Of a stretch of 64,000 nucleotides of DNA, positions 13,684 to 25,857 are shown piece by piece. Each line of letters starts with the position of its first letter. Within the stretch, counting starts at the first letter, position 1. The position numbers and the translations under genes were made by a program. The stretch comes from Fistulifera solaris (lineage: Eukaryota): positions 620,001 to 684,000 of the forward strand of contig AP026128.1 of NCBI GenBank assembly GCA_030295235.1. The letters are read 5' to 3'. The notes below the pieces were generated by a model. That model did not search any database, was not told the origin of the DNA, and worked only from the letters and a program-made list of their open reading frames with translations.

Positions 13684-14340
13684 ACTAGCGGAAAGTTTTG
13701 AACAGGCACGGGATGTCCGTGGCTACGAACTTTTGAACTTTTTTGAACGAAAAAACGATTTTTCATAAATCGTTGCAATGAGTCGTCAAGGCTCATCATG
13801 CTCGGCACCAGTAGAGAAGGAACTGGTGCTCTGACTTTCCGCGCAATTTGATTCGGTAGCTTGGCGTTTTGAATGTCTATTGCTGACAGGCATGTTTCAG
13901 GAAACAAAGTGTAGTTTTATTTTTGCTTTCTTTCCACCAACGATTGGCTTATTAGGATCGAAACATAGAAACAAATTTGTTGACAAAGACCAAGCCGCCT
14001 TAGTCGTCGGCCTACAATAAAGTAGCTGCATCGCCTTACCGGTACTTGTACTATCCACTTAAATCTACTTAATGAATAGACTGTGTTAAACATAAAACTT
14101 CCTAAGGTACTGTTTGCTACTATAAACACTGCGCCAGCGTTTGGCATGCAATATTTTTCACGCAACAACATAACTAAACTCGGCGTATTATTTACCGAAA
14201 CGCTTGTTGTGTTGGATCACAATCTGCAGTATTAAACAAACCCATCCACTCATCAACCTTGAAGGTATTGTCTCTCCTAGCCAAGCAAGAAAGCCAATAC
14301 TGCTGGCGGCGTATCGCTTTTACTAGAATGATAGCCGACG

Positions 14341-15303
14341 ATGATTTTTTCTTCCTTGTGGGCCGTCGGTCTGCTCGGTTTGTTGTTGATGGGTGTATTG
14401 TGTTATTTGTTTTACCCCGCCTATGTCGCGCGAGAAGGCCGTGGACGTGTATTGCCCCAAGCCACCATAATAGGAAATAGCAGTACCGAAGAAGATGTTC
14501 TATTATCGATCATCATTCCTGCCTTCAATGAAGAACTCCGACTACCCATCATGCTCGAAGATGCCTTTCATTATTTGAGCTCCCCGTCGTCTCCCGCATT
14601 AAAGCAACTCGGAAACGGCACCGTGGAATGGATTGTGGTGGATGATGGATCTTCGGATCAAACCGGACAAGCCTTTCGTCGTTACGTCGAACAAAAGCCA
14701 CCCACCCCCAACATGTGCTACAAACTCATTGCCCTGCCGTGCAATCTGGGCAAGGGCGCGGCCGTCCAGTCGGGGATGTTGGCCGCGACCGGACAATACT
14801 GTTTGTACGTTGATGCCGATGGCGCCACGTCGTTTGGTCCGGGATTGGAGGCGTTGACCCGCCACATCGTATCGGGAAAGGAATTTGTATTCATGGGCAG
14901 TCGCGCACATTTGCAACAAGAACGCAGCTTCCTTCGTCGATTCTTGGCATTGGCGTTTCGAATACTATTGACGATTACATTGGGACCGGCGGCGCAACAC
15001 ATTCGTGACACACAGTGTGGGTTTAAATTACTTTCCCGGAATGCGGCACAAAGGATTTTTCGAACGTTGCACTTGCAACGGTGGGCGTTTGACATTGAAG
15101 TTTTGTATTTAGCGGTTCATCTGCAAGTGATGGTGAAGGAAGAAATTGTACCGTGGCATGAAGTAGAGGGGTCTAAATTGAATACGAGCATTTGGAATTT
15201 GGCGCTAGTTTCTTCATCCATGTTGCGGGACATGATTTGTGTGCGGCTCTGTTACCAGTTGGGTATTTGGAGCTTCGACAATGACGTGAAAAAGCAAAGA
15301 TAG
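14341..15303 (+). CDS. ALG5: Dolichyl-phosphate beta-glucosyltransferase (GT2)
   Basis: N-terminal TM; LSIIIPAFNEE, VVDDGSSD, NLGKGAAV, YVDADGAT, IRDTQCGFKL, RWAFDIEVL, WHEVEGSKL. Confidence 0.92.
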   Translation: MIFSSLWAVGLLGLLLMGVLCYLFYPAYVAREGRGRVLPQATIIGNSSTEEDVLLSIIIPAFNEELRLPIMLEDAFHYLSSPSSPALKQLGNGTVEWIVVDDGSSDQTGQAFRRYVEQKPPTPNMCYKLIALPCNLGKGAAVQSGMLAATGQYCLYVDADGATSFGPGLEALTRHIVSGKEFVFMGSRAHLQQERSFLRRFLALAFRILLTITLGPAAQHIRDTQCGFKLLSRNAAQRIFRTLHLQRWAFDIEVLYLAVHLQVMVKEEIVPWHEVEGSKLNTSIWNLALVSSSMLRDMICVRLCYQLGIWSFDNDVKKQR

Positions 15304-15620
15304 CCGGAAGAGGACGTAGTCAGTGAGCAACTTGTCTTTTCAGAAATCTACGATTGATCGAAATGGCCAGCGATCGCACGTCTAATTCGTTGAAGCGGCC
15401 TAGTATCGTCGATGTGATTGGTTTTTGATGCCATACGAGTCGTCGGTACTTTGACAAGCGAATTGATCGCTTCACCTCGAATTGTTGTTCTTTACGCAGC
15501 ATCGACGAATACGTATCATTTGATTTATCAGACGTTAACTTTTGTTCACAAGTAACACTTTCAACTCGTTAATTACTAATCTATTCATACACTTCGATGA
15601 CAGGACTCGCAACTGCGGCA

Positions 15621-16631
15621 TTACCTCCTCCACTGCGCAAAGCCTTCTTCCGCATCCGAAGGACGCTCATCGGGTTGGAACGAGTCCAAGTAATGACGCT
15701 TGTCTCTCCAGTTGCAGAATCCGGCGCCAACGAAACAGGAACAGCACGGAAGCTGATAAATCGATACCCACCAGAGAATACCAAAGAGGACAAATCCGGC
15801 TCCCACCAAGACGGCGACACAATAGATGGTACTTTCGACCGGTTCTTGTTCCCAGTCGACGTGATTGAATAATTGATGTGGGTTTTCATTGTAGGGATTT
15901 TTCAGATGTAACACGAGCTGATAAATCACCGACCAAACCACCCACAGCGATTCGATGGGCAGTATATAGAAAAACCAATGAAGCCAACGAAACGGAATTC
16001 GATGAATAACAAACAGATCCCCGATCAGGAAGAATGAAAGAATCACGGTCGCTATCATAGTATCGGAAATGTCACGATCATCATGATCGCCCGGATGCGG
16101 CACAAAGGCATCCGCACAATTCACGACCGCCATTAACGTCACGGAATGTAAGGCTAATTCACCGAATACCCACGTCAAAGCGATGCGGGACGAAACTCGT
16201 TCGCCGGACGTCCGAATCAGAGTGTTGCCCAGACTCAGAACGGCATATACGGCCGCAAACAGAAACGTCCAATGCGTCGGCAATGCCAAATACAATACCG
16301 TTTGCGGGCCTTCCACCAACCAATCGTAGACAATATAACCAACTATAGCCGTAAGGAAGAGTAATTTCCAAAAGACCACGACGAACGAAGCTTCCGGAGC
16401 AAAGGAAGCGGAAATGTTGATAACACGACCATTCGCTGGATCTTTCGTTTGAAAGTGCGGTCGTTTCGTGAATTCGGTCACGAGACGACCGCAACACGAG
16501 ATGGCTGAACTTCGTTCTTGGGACGTAATATCGGACTCGGTCGCATCGACGACGACCGTTTCCGCCACGGAACGTCGCGATTTGGTGGCGGGGATGGACA
16601 AAAAGTCATCATCAAAAGCCGCCCAAGTCAT
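15621..16631 (-). CDS. Multi-pass membrane protein (rolling-stone/FAR-17a-like)
   Basis: 336-aa ORF with about 6 TM segments; LPTHWT, RIPFRWLH and NPY...VDW motifs. Confidence 0.6.
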   Translation of the reverse strand: MTWAAFDDDFLSIPATKSRRSVAETVVVDATESDITSQERSSAISCCGRLVTEFTKRPHFQTKDPANGRVINISASFAPEASFVVVFWKLLFLTAIVGYIVYDWLVEGPQTVLYLALPTHWTFLFAAVYAVLSLGNTLIRTSGERVSSRIALTWVFGELALHSVTLMAVVNCADAFVPHPGDHDDRDISDTMIATVILSFFLIGDLFVIHRIPFRWLHWFFYILPIESLWVVWSVIYQLVLHLKNPYNENPHQLFNHVDWEQEPVESTIYCVAVLVGAGFVLFGILWWVSIYQLPCCSCFVGAGFCNWRDKRHYLDSFQPDERPSDAEEGFAQWRR

Positions 16632-17040
16632 TGTTGAATCTATTATTTACAGTGTGAAGAAATAGGTAAAGAAGAAAAAGCAATCAAAGGGAAACATTGA
16701 TATAATTTTCATGGAAAATGCTGCGAAGCATGTACACCACATTCGTTTGGAGGTGCCAGAAACAATTGCACGATCCGGCGCTCCGAGACGTCCGTACATG
16801 TTATTTTACAGTATGCCACTTTAATTACAAAAAACGATTCAAATTCTGTGCATGGTCGGAATACCGCTTCAATGAGTACATAGAAAATAACATTTCCGTT
16901 GATGTCTGTTGAAGAAAAGTAAACTACAATTTAGGCCATAGAGGAACATTCGGAGGGAGGAGAATTCACGACCTCAGAATATTCCTCTTGTCGCAGTGGA
17001 GCCAGGAAATACAGATGACAACGATCCTCGAAGCTTTTCG

Positions 17041-17401
17041 ACGCAACTAATAATCATTATTTACATTAGCAATTACGGAGTACCTGGTAGCAACGATTCT
17101 GAACGCTTTACTGACACAGGAAAAGCAATTGTAGCTTATATAAATCAAGCAGAACGATCGTAGTTTGCTGGCTCAAAAATCTTGACTCATGATTGGATTG
17201 CATTCGTGGTTTGCTGGAACCTACACTGTACTCGATAGTAAAGTTAGAAAACAATTATTCTCGAAACGTTCTAACGCAACTGATCATCATTTGCATTACC
17301 AACGATGCTAAAGGCATGACTAACACAGGAAAAGCAAATTGAAGCTTACATAAATCAAGCAGAACGATCGTAGTTTGCTGGCTTTGAAAAATCTTGACTC
17401 A
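17041..17401. repeat. Degenerate direct duplication, period about 210-230 bp
   Basis: ACACAGGAAAAGCAA...TAAATCAAGCAGAACGATCGTAGTTTGCTGGCT...AATCTTGACTCA occurs at about 17115-17190 and 17323-17401. Confidence 0.85.
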
Positions 17402-17716
17402 ATTTTTTTTAGTTGTGGCTTTCTTAAACCTACACTTTTGGTCTATAGTACATTTTTCGACGCACATGAATAAATAATACGAGTACTCCGTACAAGTAAT
17501 GAATGACGAATGAATGAATGAACATGAAAATGAAGGCCAAGAGAAATGAAGATGGACGTCATGGATTATATTTCTCCAAGTCTTCATCGAAGGTATTTCT
17601 AAAGCCGTTTGCTTTCCCTTTCCGTAGCTCGCGCCGGCAGAAAGGTTACAAAAAATTCACGACGAGGCCGACAACAACGCATTCGACAAAAACCCTCCGA
17701 CTGGACGGGATTTTCA

Positions 17717-19399
17717 ATGAAACAATTCTTTTTCTTTGCCTTTCTCTCTCTGCTTTTATTCATTCAAACACGTGCATTTCTAGTTCACCACACACACCAT
17801 CCTACCACCACTTCCTTGTCCATGACCCCGCAGATTGCGATCATTGGCGGTGGAGCGGCCGGGTTGGCGGCGGCGCGTGTGTTGACCCGCGATTTGCCGT
17901 CGTGTCGGATTATTGTGTTGGAACAACGGGAAGCCTTGGGTGGCGTATGGAAGTATGACACAAACAAACAACAACATCCCATGTACCGGGATTTGCGGAC
18001 CAATTTGCCCAAGGAAATTATGCAATTTCGGGAATTTCCCTGGACGCACGTCGAGTATGAACCCAATCAACCGCACAGTAGTTTTTTGACGCATCGACAA
18101 GTGTTGCAATATTTGCAAAATTACGCACAACAGTTTGGTCTGGAATCGTTGATTCGATTCCGTGCCGAGGTGCAGCAATTGACCGTTCTGGAGGGCACGA
18201 CGTCGTACTTTCAGCCGTCCAACGAAGCATGGCCCAAAATTCAATTGCAATGGAAAGAGGGAAATGATTCAACCATACAGTCTGCGATATTCGATGCTGT
18301 TTGTATTTGCAACGGTCACTACCACAAACCAGCCCAGCCGACGATACCCGGTCTCCAAGAATTCTTTCCAGGGGAAGTTCTGCATTCGGTTTCGTACGAT
18401 GAAGCCTCTCGGTTCGCCGGAAAGACCATTTTGTGCATTGGTGGTCGCGCCAGTGGTTCTGACATTGCTCGGGAATTGGTGATGCAAGGAAACGCCGCGC
18501 ACGTCTATTTGTCCGACTCGGCGTGTTCGGAGGCCCAAACCACGCCTCATCGCGTCACATTGGTTCCGGCGACCACGCAGTTTCGACCCGGAGGAACCGT
18601 GCAGTTTGGTGCAAACTGTCCTTTGGAGCCGATCGTAGATACGGTCCTGTTTTGTACGGGATATGATTATGATTTCCCTTTTCTTCCAAGTTCGTTGATT
18701 CAGGCGGGCCAGCGACGCATTCGACCACTCTATCATCAATTGTGGCATGCCCAATATCCAAACGTAAGTCGGATAATGATTCATGAAATTCATTCTTTTG
18801 TGGCCACAAACTCTCATGCAACGTCACTTTGCTACGATACACAGTTGGCATTCATTGGCTTGCCACATTCGGTTGTACCATTTCCTTTGTTTGAATTACA
18901 AATGGAAGCATTTTGTAGTCAACTCGTGAATTGGAGACTGGATGGACTTTCCGATCGACTGGCGTCGGCGGACAAAGACGCTTTGTCCGGAGGTGTTTGT
19001 CGTTTGCGCGTCCCGGAAGACACGCATTTTCTGGGTGATGCGCAATGGGAATATTGCCGTCAGTTGGCGCGATTTGCGAATCTATTGGAGGCTTCGGAAG
19101 ACGATAACGGCAACGACATATCAAACTACATTGCGACGAACAAGGTATGTGATTAGGTGAAATGGTGACTTAATTTTAAAGTGAATTTTCTCACATCTTG
19201 TTGTTTGCTTTGATGGGATTGTTCACTTAAGGCAATATACGATCATGCCGGCAAAGCGCGTAAGGGCGCTTTACCGGGAAGTGTCGACGCGTACAGGTCA
19301 CTTTGTTATGAAAGAAACGATTCGTTACAGACGTTTACGTCATGGTCCTGCGAAGACAGCAACACTTTGAAAGATTTGTCGGCTTGCACGAGGGTCTGA
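17717..19399 (+). CDS. Flavin-containing monooxygenase (FMO GS-OX-like) with probable bipartite plastid presequence
   Basis: IAIIGGGAAG FAD motif, MYRDLRTNLPKEIM, FPGEVLHSVSY FMO signature, IGGRASGSDIA. Signal peptide ends TRA|F. Introns about 18764-18844 and 19145-19231. Confidence 0.9.
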
Positions 19400-20281
19400 C
19401 GAAAGGCTGGTTGTCTGTAAGAGAAACGTTAACATCCTGGTAAATAATTCCAAGCACTCATCAAAGTGCCATGGTTTGTTGGATCAAGACTTTTCCTCGC
19501 GTCATCTTGACATGTTGTCACTCGAAAAGGTTGTTTATCCGTTAGGAGATAGGGGATCGCTGAAACGACTACAAGGCCGGACTTTCAGTCGCCAATGCTT
19601 TCTTGTGAGCGATAGGTTGCTGGACGATTCGTTGGCCGTTCCCTTATCAACGCGTCTCAAATCGGTCAACGAGCTTTCTCGATAAAAATGCAACGGACCT
19701 CTTTCGGCAAAATTTGAACGGGCCACACGGGATTGAGTCACAAAATTGTTGAGCGCGGCGGAGATTCCAGTCACGCAATCGAGCCCACTGTATGTTTCAC
19801 AGTCAGGTCCAGCTATGGATACGGTTTTCAAATCATATAGTTTATCCAGTAGTGACAATTTTTCACTATGTCTTTGGTACTTAACAAATACACACTGGAG
19901 CTTCCGGCTTTCTGAAGCTCAGAATTATCTTACTATTTAGACGCATACACCAAGCGTTGAGAAAAATTTGAGCCGGACAGAAGCGCGTAAAACAGACTCG
20001 ATCACAAAATATTTGCATTCTTGTAACACCTTGCCAATTTTGCCAGTCGGCATCACGCAAGTCAACCATCTCCCCTCGCAAGACCATTTTCCCGACCGGC
20101 AAGAGTGGCCGATTGATCGACAAGAAATCGCTTCTTTCCCCTTCATCACAAATTGTCGAAAGCTTTCCGGAAACTTACCGGATACTTGGGACGAAAGGCG
20201 AAAGAGTTGTGAAGAGGCAGCAGGCTCCTTGTCCAAGCAAACATCAAACAACATTCGAATAGAAAACAATTGTAAGGAAAA

Positions 20282-22113
20282 ATGATGTTCACTCAGGAGA
20301 GCCATGGTGCTAATGGTAAGTCGTTTGCAGCTTTGATCGGACGTAGCGAGAGTATGTTGGTTGACTCACTTGTCGAAAATCTGCTAGTTGGAAGAAGCAT
20401 GAAAGGAGATATCTTGCAAGGACGTGGACCTGAAGATGGTTTTTCGAGAGATGGATCAAGAGAAGATTCGACTGGAATGAAAAGAAAGTACACCGATCGC
20501 GATCCAGAGTCTCCGGGGCACCTCGATGTGGATGTAGACACTCCGCTTGCGAAGAAGGAACGAAACTATTTTACCGATATGGATACCGATTCCCCTTCTT
20601 CCTACCCTAAGCATGTTCTTGTTCCATCCGAGCGATCGCTTGAGCCTAAACATTACATGCCGCACACAACACACTTGGGAGATGACCAACGTCTAGATCA
20701 GATTACCTTTCCGACCAATGATGCCCCTCAGGGTGTGCAAGTGTTGACTCCAGACAGTGTTGGACGTGGACGACCTTACGAACCCCAGCCATACCCCCCC
20801 TCGTCACTATCAGCAGTTTCATGATGTGTATCGAACCCCTTCTTATACTCCCTGACATGGATTATGGACGTTCCTATCCGGGACATCACGCTCAAGGACC
20901 CAGTGGTCATCCAGCTGCTGACGGATTTCCTCGTTCTCGTCGATGGGCGTGTGATTACTGCAATGTTGCGACTTTCTTGAGCTATGAAGAGGCTTGCGCT
21001 CACGAAGACGTATGCAGTCGTCGTCACCACGACTCTTCCTATTACGCTGAGCCTTTCCGTCACCGACCAGCTCATCCTGCTTATGGCGGCCAGCCGGCAC
21101 CGCAGGGCAGCGGACTTGGCGCGCTCTACCATGCAAGTCAAGAAGTTGTCACCCCTCCTACTCCCTACCATCAGCAACCCCCGAACCGTTGGGGTGCTCA
21201 TCACGCTCCTCCTCTCCCCGTGTTGCCCCATGAGCAAAACTACTATCGCCATGGCTACTATGACATGAGAGAAGAGCATCCTCACTACCCGCCGAGCGAC
21301 CCATACTACCACGCTCACATGCAACCATCGTACCCGCATCCCCAGCCACCGCCTCAAGATTACTATCAGAAGCGGTTGTTGTTAGCATTGCCTTCCGACA
21401 GGGACTCGCTTTCGGACCGACAATGCTTTGTTCGCTCAGAAATGGTTGAAATCTTCGCCGCCACTCAGAAAGATGTTTCCGCACGTCACTCCAAGGGTGC
21501 ACAGAAGCTTGTTTTGGGTCAAGTTGGCATTCGATGTGTTCACTGCAGTCACTTGCGTCCACGCGATCGTGCCGAACGCTCGGTATGCTACCCCAAGTCC
21601 ATTTGTCGCATCTACCAGACGGTAGCCGATATGCAGCGATTCCACTTCGAAAACTGCCGAGAGATCCCCGATCATGTCCGTCAACTCTACAAGAAGCTCA
21701 AGACGACACGTCCTCGTGGAGTTGGATCGCCCCAGAGCTATTGGGTGTCCAGTGCCAAATCGTTGGGCTTGGTTGACACGGGCGACGGTATCTGCTTCGA
21801 AGCCGACGCCGAGAACCAGGTCAAGGATGAGGAGCAGCAGCAACAGCAGGAACAGCCGCAGCAGCCACAAGAGCTAGCCGAGCAGCAACCGCAGGCCTCC
21901 CGAGAAGACGAGAAGCCAGACGAGCCGCAATCCAGCGATCTGTCACTTGAGGAAGTCAACGAGCCACCACGTGATGAAGTAGTAGTCAAGGAACCAACGG
22001 AGGAACCAGTGGAGGAGCTAGTACAAGACGAAGCTGCTTCTTGTCAACCCACCCCGCAAGAAGAGCAAGTACTCGAACTCCAGTCTTCCGAGATGTCGCT
22101 TGGAGAGAACTGA
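20282..22113 (+). CDS. Pro/His-rich protein with a Cys/His domain typical of diatoms (putative transcription regulator)
   Basis: LSDRQCFVR...GQVGIRCVHC...YPKS...MQRFHFENC domain; C2HC-like WACDYC...HEDVC. Probable intron from 20316 and frameshift near 20820-20850. Confidence 0.7.
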
Positions 22114-22371
22114 AGGGGCTTTGACGACAACTTTTAACGGGGAAGGAAAAGAACATTAAACATTTAGTTACAGAAAATATGTGTTGTTTGACGTGTTTGA
22201 ACTTTAAACTATAAAGCCGGTATTATTACAAAGTACGGAGATAATCATCGTTTCTAGACCTCGAAATTCTTCTCGCGTACATCGTTTTAAAAAGTTATTT
22301 AAAACCCATTTGCTAAGACGTATAGGGAGTAGTAGAAACAATAAAAATTGGTTTTTGTTCTTTAGTATTTA

Positions 22372-22480
22372 ATGCACTTCTTACAACCCGCGCCAATTTC
22401 TGCGTCGCTCTTGGGACCACTGGTGGATCAGTCCTGAAAGAGTTCATTCCGAAGTGAATCTCGCGGGTTATAGGATGCAT
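22372..22480 (-). promoter_or_regulatory. Candidate SECIS element in the SelH 3'UTR
   Basis: On the minus strand an outer stem (ATGCATCCTATAACCCGCG / CGCGGGTTGTAAGAAGTGCAT) encloses ATGAA-CTCTT..GGAC-loop-GTCC..AAGAG-CGAC, giving an AUGA/GA quartet (22447-22444 and 22406-22405). It begins about 15 nt after the stop. Confidence 0.65.
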
Positions 22481-22494
22481 TATGACGATTTCGC

Positions 22495-22973
22495 TTAAAG
22501 ATTGCAAGCTGTCGAGATATCTTGACAGACTTGATCCATGTCGAGGGCCTTGAGGGCCGGAAAGGGGCGTTTCAATGCCAACAACTCAACGACCGGTTCG
22601 TCCTTCCCACTGACGCGCACCACAAAATTGCCTTTACCGGGCTTTTCTTCGTTGATTTTGACGGACGCCTTTCCTTTGACTGAAAAAATGGTACACGATG
22701 ATGAGATCGACAACAGCGCGAAAGAAAGAGAATATTAGACACTTACAATACGTTTCAATTTTCAACGCCCTCGTCTTAAATGCATTTCATTGCTTGCAAG
22801 CTTCGATAGAGATGACGATTTCATTGTCTGCTGCCGTGGATTTTGTTTTGCTTTCCTTGGGGGACATGACCGCCTTCTTGACTGGCTTGGCCTTGGTCTT
22901 CCCCGCCGAGACCGGTTCTTTTTTTCGAGGCTTTCGCCTCAGCAGCTGGTACCGCACTTCTCAATGTACGCAT
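22495..22973 (-). CDS. SELENOH: Selenoprotein H (in-frame UGA read as Sec, CxxU motif)
   Basis: IVISIEACKQ-TGA-NAFKTRALKIETY (UGA at 22787-22789), intron 22680-22746, then FKGKASVKINEEKPGKGNFVVRV...KRPFPALKALDMD. Lys-rich N-terminus. ATG 22973 needs one base removed from the T-run at 22919-22925; alternative in-frame ATG at 22867. Confidence 0.88.
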
Positions 22974-23315
22974 CGTTGTTGATTACGAATGCAACTAATA
23001 GAACGAAAAAGTCTAGAAACAAGATGCGGAAGAGCTCGCCCTATTTTTCATGAAAACGATCCGTCGGCGCAGAAAAAGTCGTTGCGTCAGTCAGCCCAGA
23101 TTACTCTCTCTAGAGAGAGTACTAGAGTGTAGACAACGGTGCAGTCATGAGGAGTCAGTCATGAGGCGAAAAAATGACGCGCGCCCGCCAAAATCTCGTC
23201 CGCCGCATTGGTATATGTTTATTCGACAATCACGCGTTTCATCACAACACAACAAGAACCTAATGCTTTAACTTCATTATTCAAACACTTCACTTGCCTT
23301 CTATCTTCTACTACT

Positions 23316-24203
23316 ATGCACCCCATCGAAGAAGCCTTCGGCAAAGGCTGTTCACTCTACAAAGACGTGCTCCAATGCCCCAAAGATGCCTCCGCGGCGC
23401 AATTGCGGAAAGCGTATTACCGGGCCGCCTTGCTCTATCATCCCGACAAGAATCCCGATGGCCATAAACAATTTCAAGCCATTTCCATGGCGTATCAAAT
23501 TCTGAAAGATAAAGATATGAGAGATGCGTACGATGAATCGGGAGAAATTCCAGATACACCCGACGATGATGATGACATGGGAACTTCCGATAAAGGCAAT
23601 CCGTGGAAAGAGTACTTTGATCGCATCTTTGGTAAGGTGACTACGTCCGATATTGACGCTTTTTCGGCGAAATACAAATGCAGTGATGAAGAGAAAAAGG
23701 ATGTTTTGCAGCAATTCGTACAGCGCCAAGGAGATTTGCTGCAAATGCTCGAATTTGTCATGTTGAGTTCCGAAAAAGATGCCGTGCGGTGGGTGGAAGA
23801 TTATCTCCGACCGGCTCTGGAAGCCAACGAGATTCCGACCGAATATCAATTGACTATGGAGAAGACACTGGAAAAAGTACAAAAGAAACTTAGTAAGCAG
23901 AAGGATTCTGAGGAACAAGAAGACGATGATGATGATGACGCCACCGAGTCGGAAGACGATTTGCCTCCCGTTTTGCGCAAACCCAAACGCACTGTCAAAA
24001 AGGGGAAACCGACGCAAACCAAAAAGAAAAAGAACGACGACATGACCGATTTGATTGCACAAATTCAAAACAAGCGGCGCGGTGGAAACAGCCTTCTCCA
24101 GAGTATAGCGTCACGCTACGGTGTCGACGATCAGGATCCCTTGAACGACGAGGAATTTACCAAAGTTCAGGCGCGTGTCGAGTCAAAGCGAAAAAAGAAG
24201 TAA
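23316..24203 (+). CDS. DNAJC9: DnaJ subfamily C member 9-like co-chaperone
   Basis: J-domain (LRKAYYRAALLYHPDKN...FQAISMAYQIL), then WKEYFDRIFGKVT..DIDAF...YKCSDEEKKD. Confidence 0.85.
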   Translation: MHPIEEAFGKGCSLYKDVLQCPKDASAAQLRKAYYRAALLYHPDKNPDGHKQFQAISMAYQILKDKDMRDAYDESGEIPDTPDDDDDMGTSDKGNPWKEYFDRIFGKVTTSDIDAFSAKYKCSDEEKKDVLQQFVQRQGDLLQMLEFVMLSSEKDAVRWVEDYLRPALEANEIPTEYQLTMEKTLEKVQKKLSKQKDSEEQEDDDDDDATESEDDLPPVLRKPKRTVKKGKPTQTKKKKNDDMTDLIAQIQNKRRGGNSLLQSIASRYGVDDQDPLNDEEFTKVQARVESKRKKK

Positions 24204-24316
24204 TCTTCGGCACTGCAGAATAGAATTCGAATGGGGAATGCACTTACTAGAAGTTGCTCTTCAGTAGCCTAGTTAGAAAAATATTTAAATTATTCAATAT
24301 TGAATAACTTCAATCA

Positions 24317-25747
24317 TTAGACTCCCAAAACATGGGGGAAATACGAATGCAGTACGGCAGTTATGGCTCCCAGGATCGAGCACGCAAAGCCAAATCCCAC
24401 CAGGAACTTGCAAAAGTAGCGTTCCAATTTATTCTTCATCCTTCTTGTCACATCCTTGGACGTATGCTTCAAGTAAAGCAAAGCCGGATACGTGTAAATG
24501 ATGGCCGTCCCCGTCAAAGCCCCATTGAAACTAATGACAAATCCCGCATCTTTGACAAACAGCGCAATGCCCGTCAGTATGGATAACAAAAGTGCCGTCA
24601 CTTGTTTCTTTTCTCCTTCTCGACCCTTGCCCCACAATTGCAAAGCGGCGGAACGACATGCATCAAAGACAAAGGGAAAACCACCCACGACGGAAGTCAC
24701 AATGAGTGACTTGGAGACTTTGGCGCCCCAATCTTGAGCGGGATAATTGTTCAAAATGATTCCTTGTGCATTCGCACCAAACGTCAAGAAACCAAAAGCC
24801 ATGGCCGCCATGCTAATGAGTGTGACGGCCGAATACGAGAATGCTGTCATGATATTGAACTTTTTCAAGACCGACTCGTCCCTAATCGCGGCGTCGTTAC
24901 TTGTGCGTCCCCCCGTCAAGGCATGATAAAATTCTGGTGCCGAGAAATGTGCCATGAGAGCGACACAACTCATGGCAATCAAGAGAAGCGGTGCCGGTGA
25001 AGCCACTCGATTGTACGTATGAAACAAACCGGCCGTCGCATACGGACTGCTGGGTTGCAAGACGGGACACCGCCAGGCCAAAAAGGCAGTCGTCACGACC
25101 GTTCCGGTGACTCCTATGAGTGACAAGGGCGCCAACGAAGCGAGCGATGGTAGATTACAAAGTGGCCACAGAATCCCACCCGCCACCGCCAAAATAAAGG
25201 CCGAACGATTCGACCACCATGCCCCCATTAAACTGGTGACAGAATCTCCAATGACCAAGATATACGCCAAGGCACAACCGAAGCAATAGATAAAGTTGGA
25301 AAACGGAATCAGCGTTGATTTCTTTTCCGCATAAACGGCTTGCCACAAATCGCCCAAATTGTTGGCTTTCGGAAAATACGCATGCGTCAATCGTCCGTAC
25401 AATGCAAACGTATACGCCGAAAGAGCGGCAATGAGCGAAAAGAAGGTACAGCCCGCCCATAAACTGCTGGGATCATTTGAAATGGCCGCCAAACCCGACG
25501 GCAATGACAACAATCCTGTTCCTAACATGGCTTTCATGACACTGAAACTCGTCGAATAAAGACGCTTGTTGTTAGTAGATGAGATAGCCGCATCTTGTGC
25601 TTCATTGGGTACATTCTCGTCGGACGACAACGACGGTGTAGAGGTGAGAGCCAACGGAACCGAAAGACAGCGATGCAACTGCAGTTGTTGCGGCGGCAGA
25701 AAGGCTTCCGTGACCCAAAGTAAGCACAATATTCGAATAATACGCAT
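24317..25747 (-). CDS. Amino-acid transporter (Aa_trans/SLC38-like), probable plastid presequence
   Basis: KAMLGTGLLSLPSG motif, about 11 TM segments, GFLTFG...GIILNNY. N-terminus MRIIRILCLLWVTEA|FLPP. Confidence 0.88.
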   Translation of the reverse strand: MRIIRILCLLWVTEAFLPPQQLQLHRCLSVPLALTSTPSLSSDENVPNEAQDAAISSTNNKRLYSTSFSVMKAMLGTGLLSLPSGLAAISNDPSSLWAGCTFFSLIAALSAYTFALYGRLTHAYFPKANNLGDLWQAVYAEKKSTLIPFSNFIYCFGCALAYILVIGDSVTSLMGAWWSNRSAFILAVAGGILWPLCNLPSLASLAPLSLIGVTGTVVTTAFLAWRCPVLQPSSPYATAGLFHTYNRVASPAPLLLIAMSCVALMAHFSAPEFYHALTGGRTSNDAAIRDESVLKKFNIMTAFSYSAVTLISMAAMAFGFLTFGANAQGIILNNYPAQDWGAKVSKSLIVTSVVGGFPFVFDACRSAALQLWGKGREGEKKQVTALLLSILTGIALFVKDAGFVISFNGALTGTAIIYTYPALLYLKHTSKDVTRRMKNKLERYFCKFLVGFGFACSILGAITAVLHSYFPHVLGV

Positions 25748-25857
25748 ACTTGAATTGCTGTAGTGGTAATCAGGAACGGCTACAATGAAAGAATGCCCTT
25801 GATGCGATTGATGCAGTCTCGAGAGAGTGCCGGGTGTCATTGCGATCTAGTTTTCAT

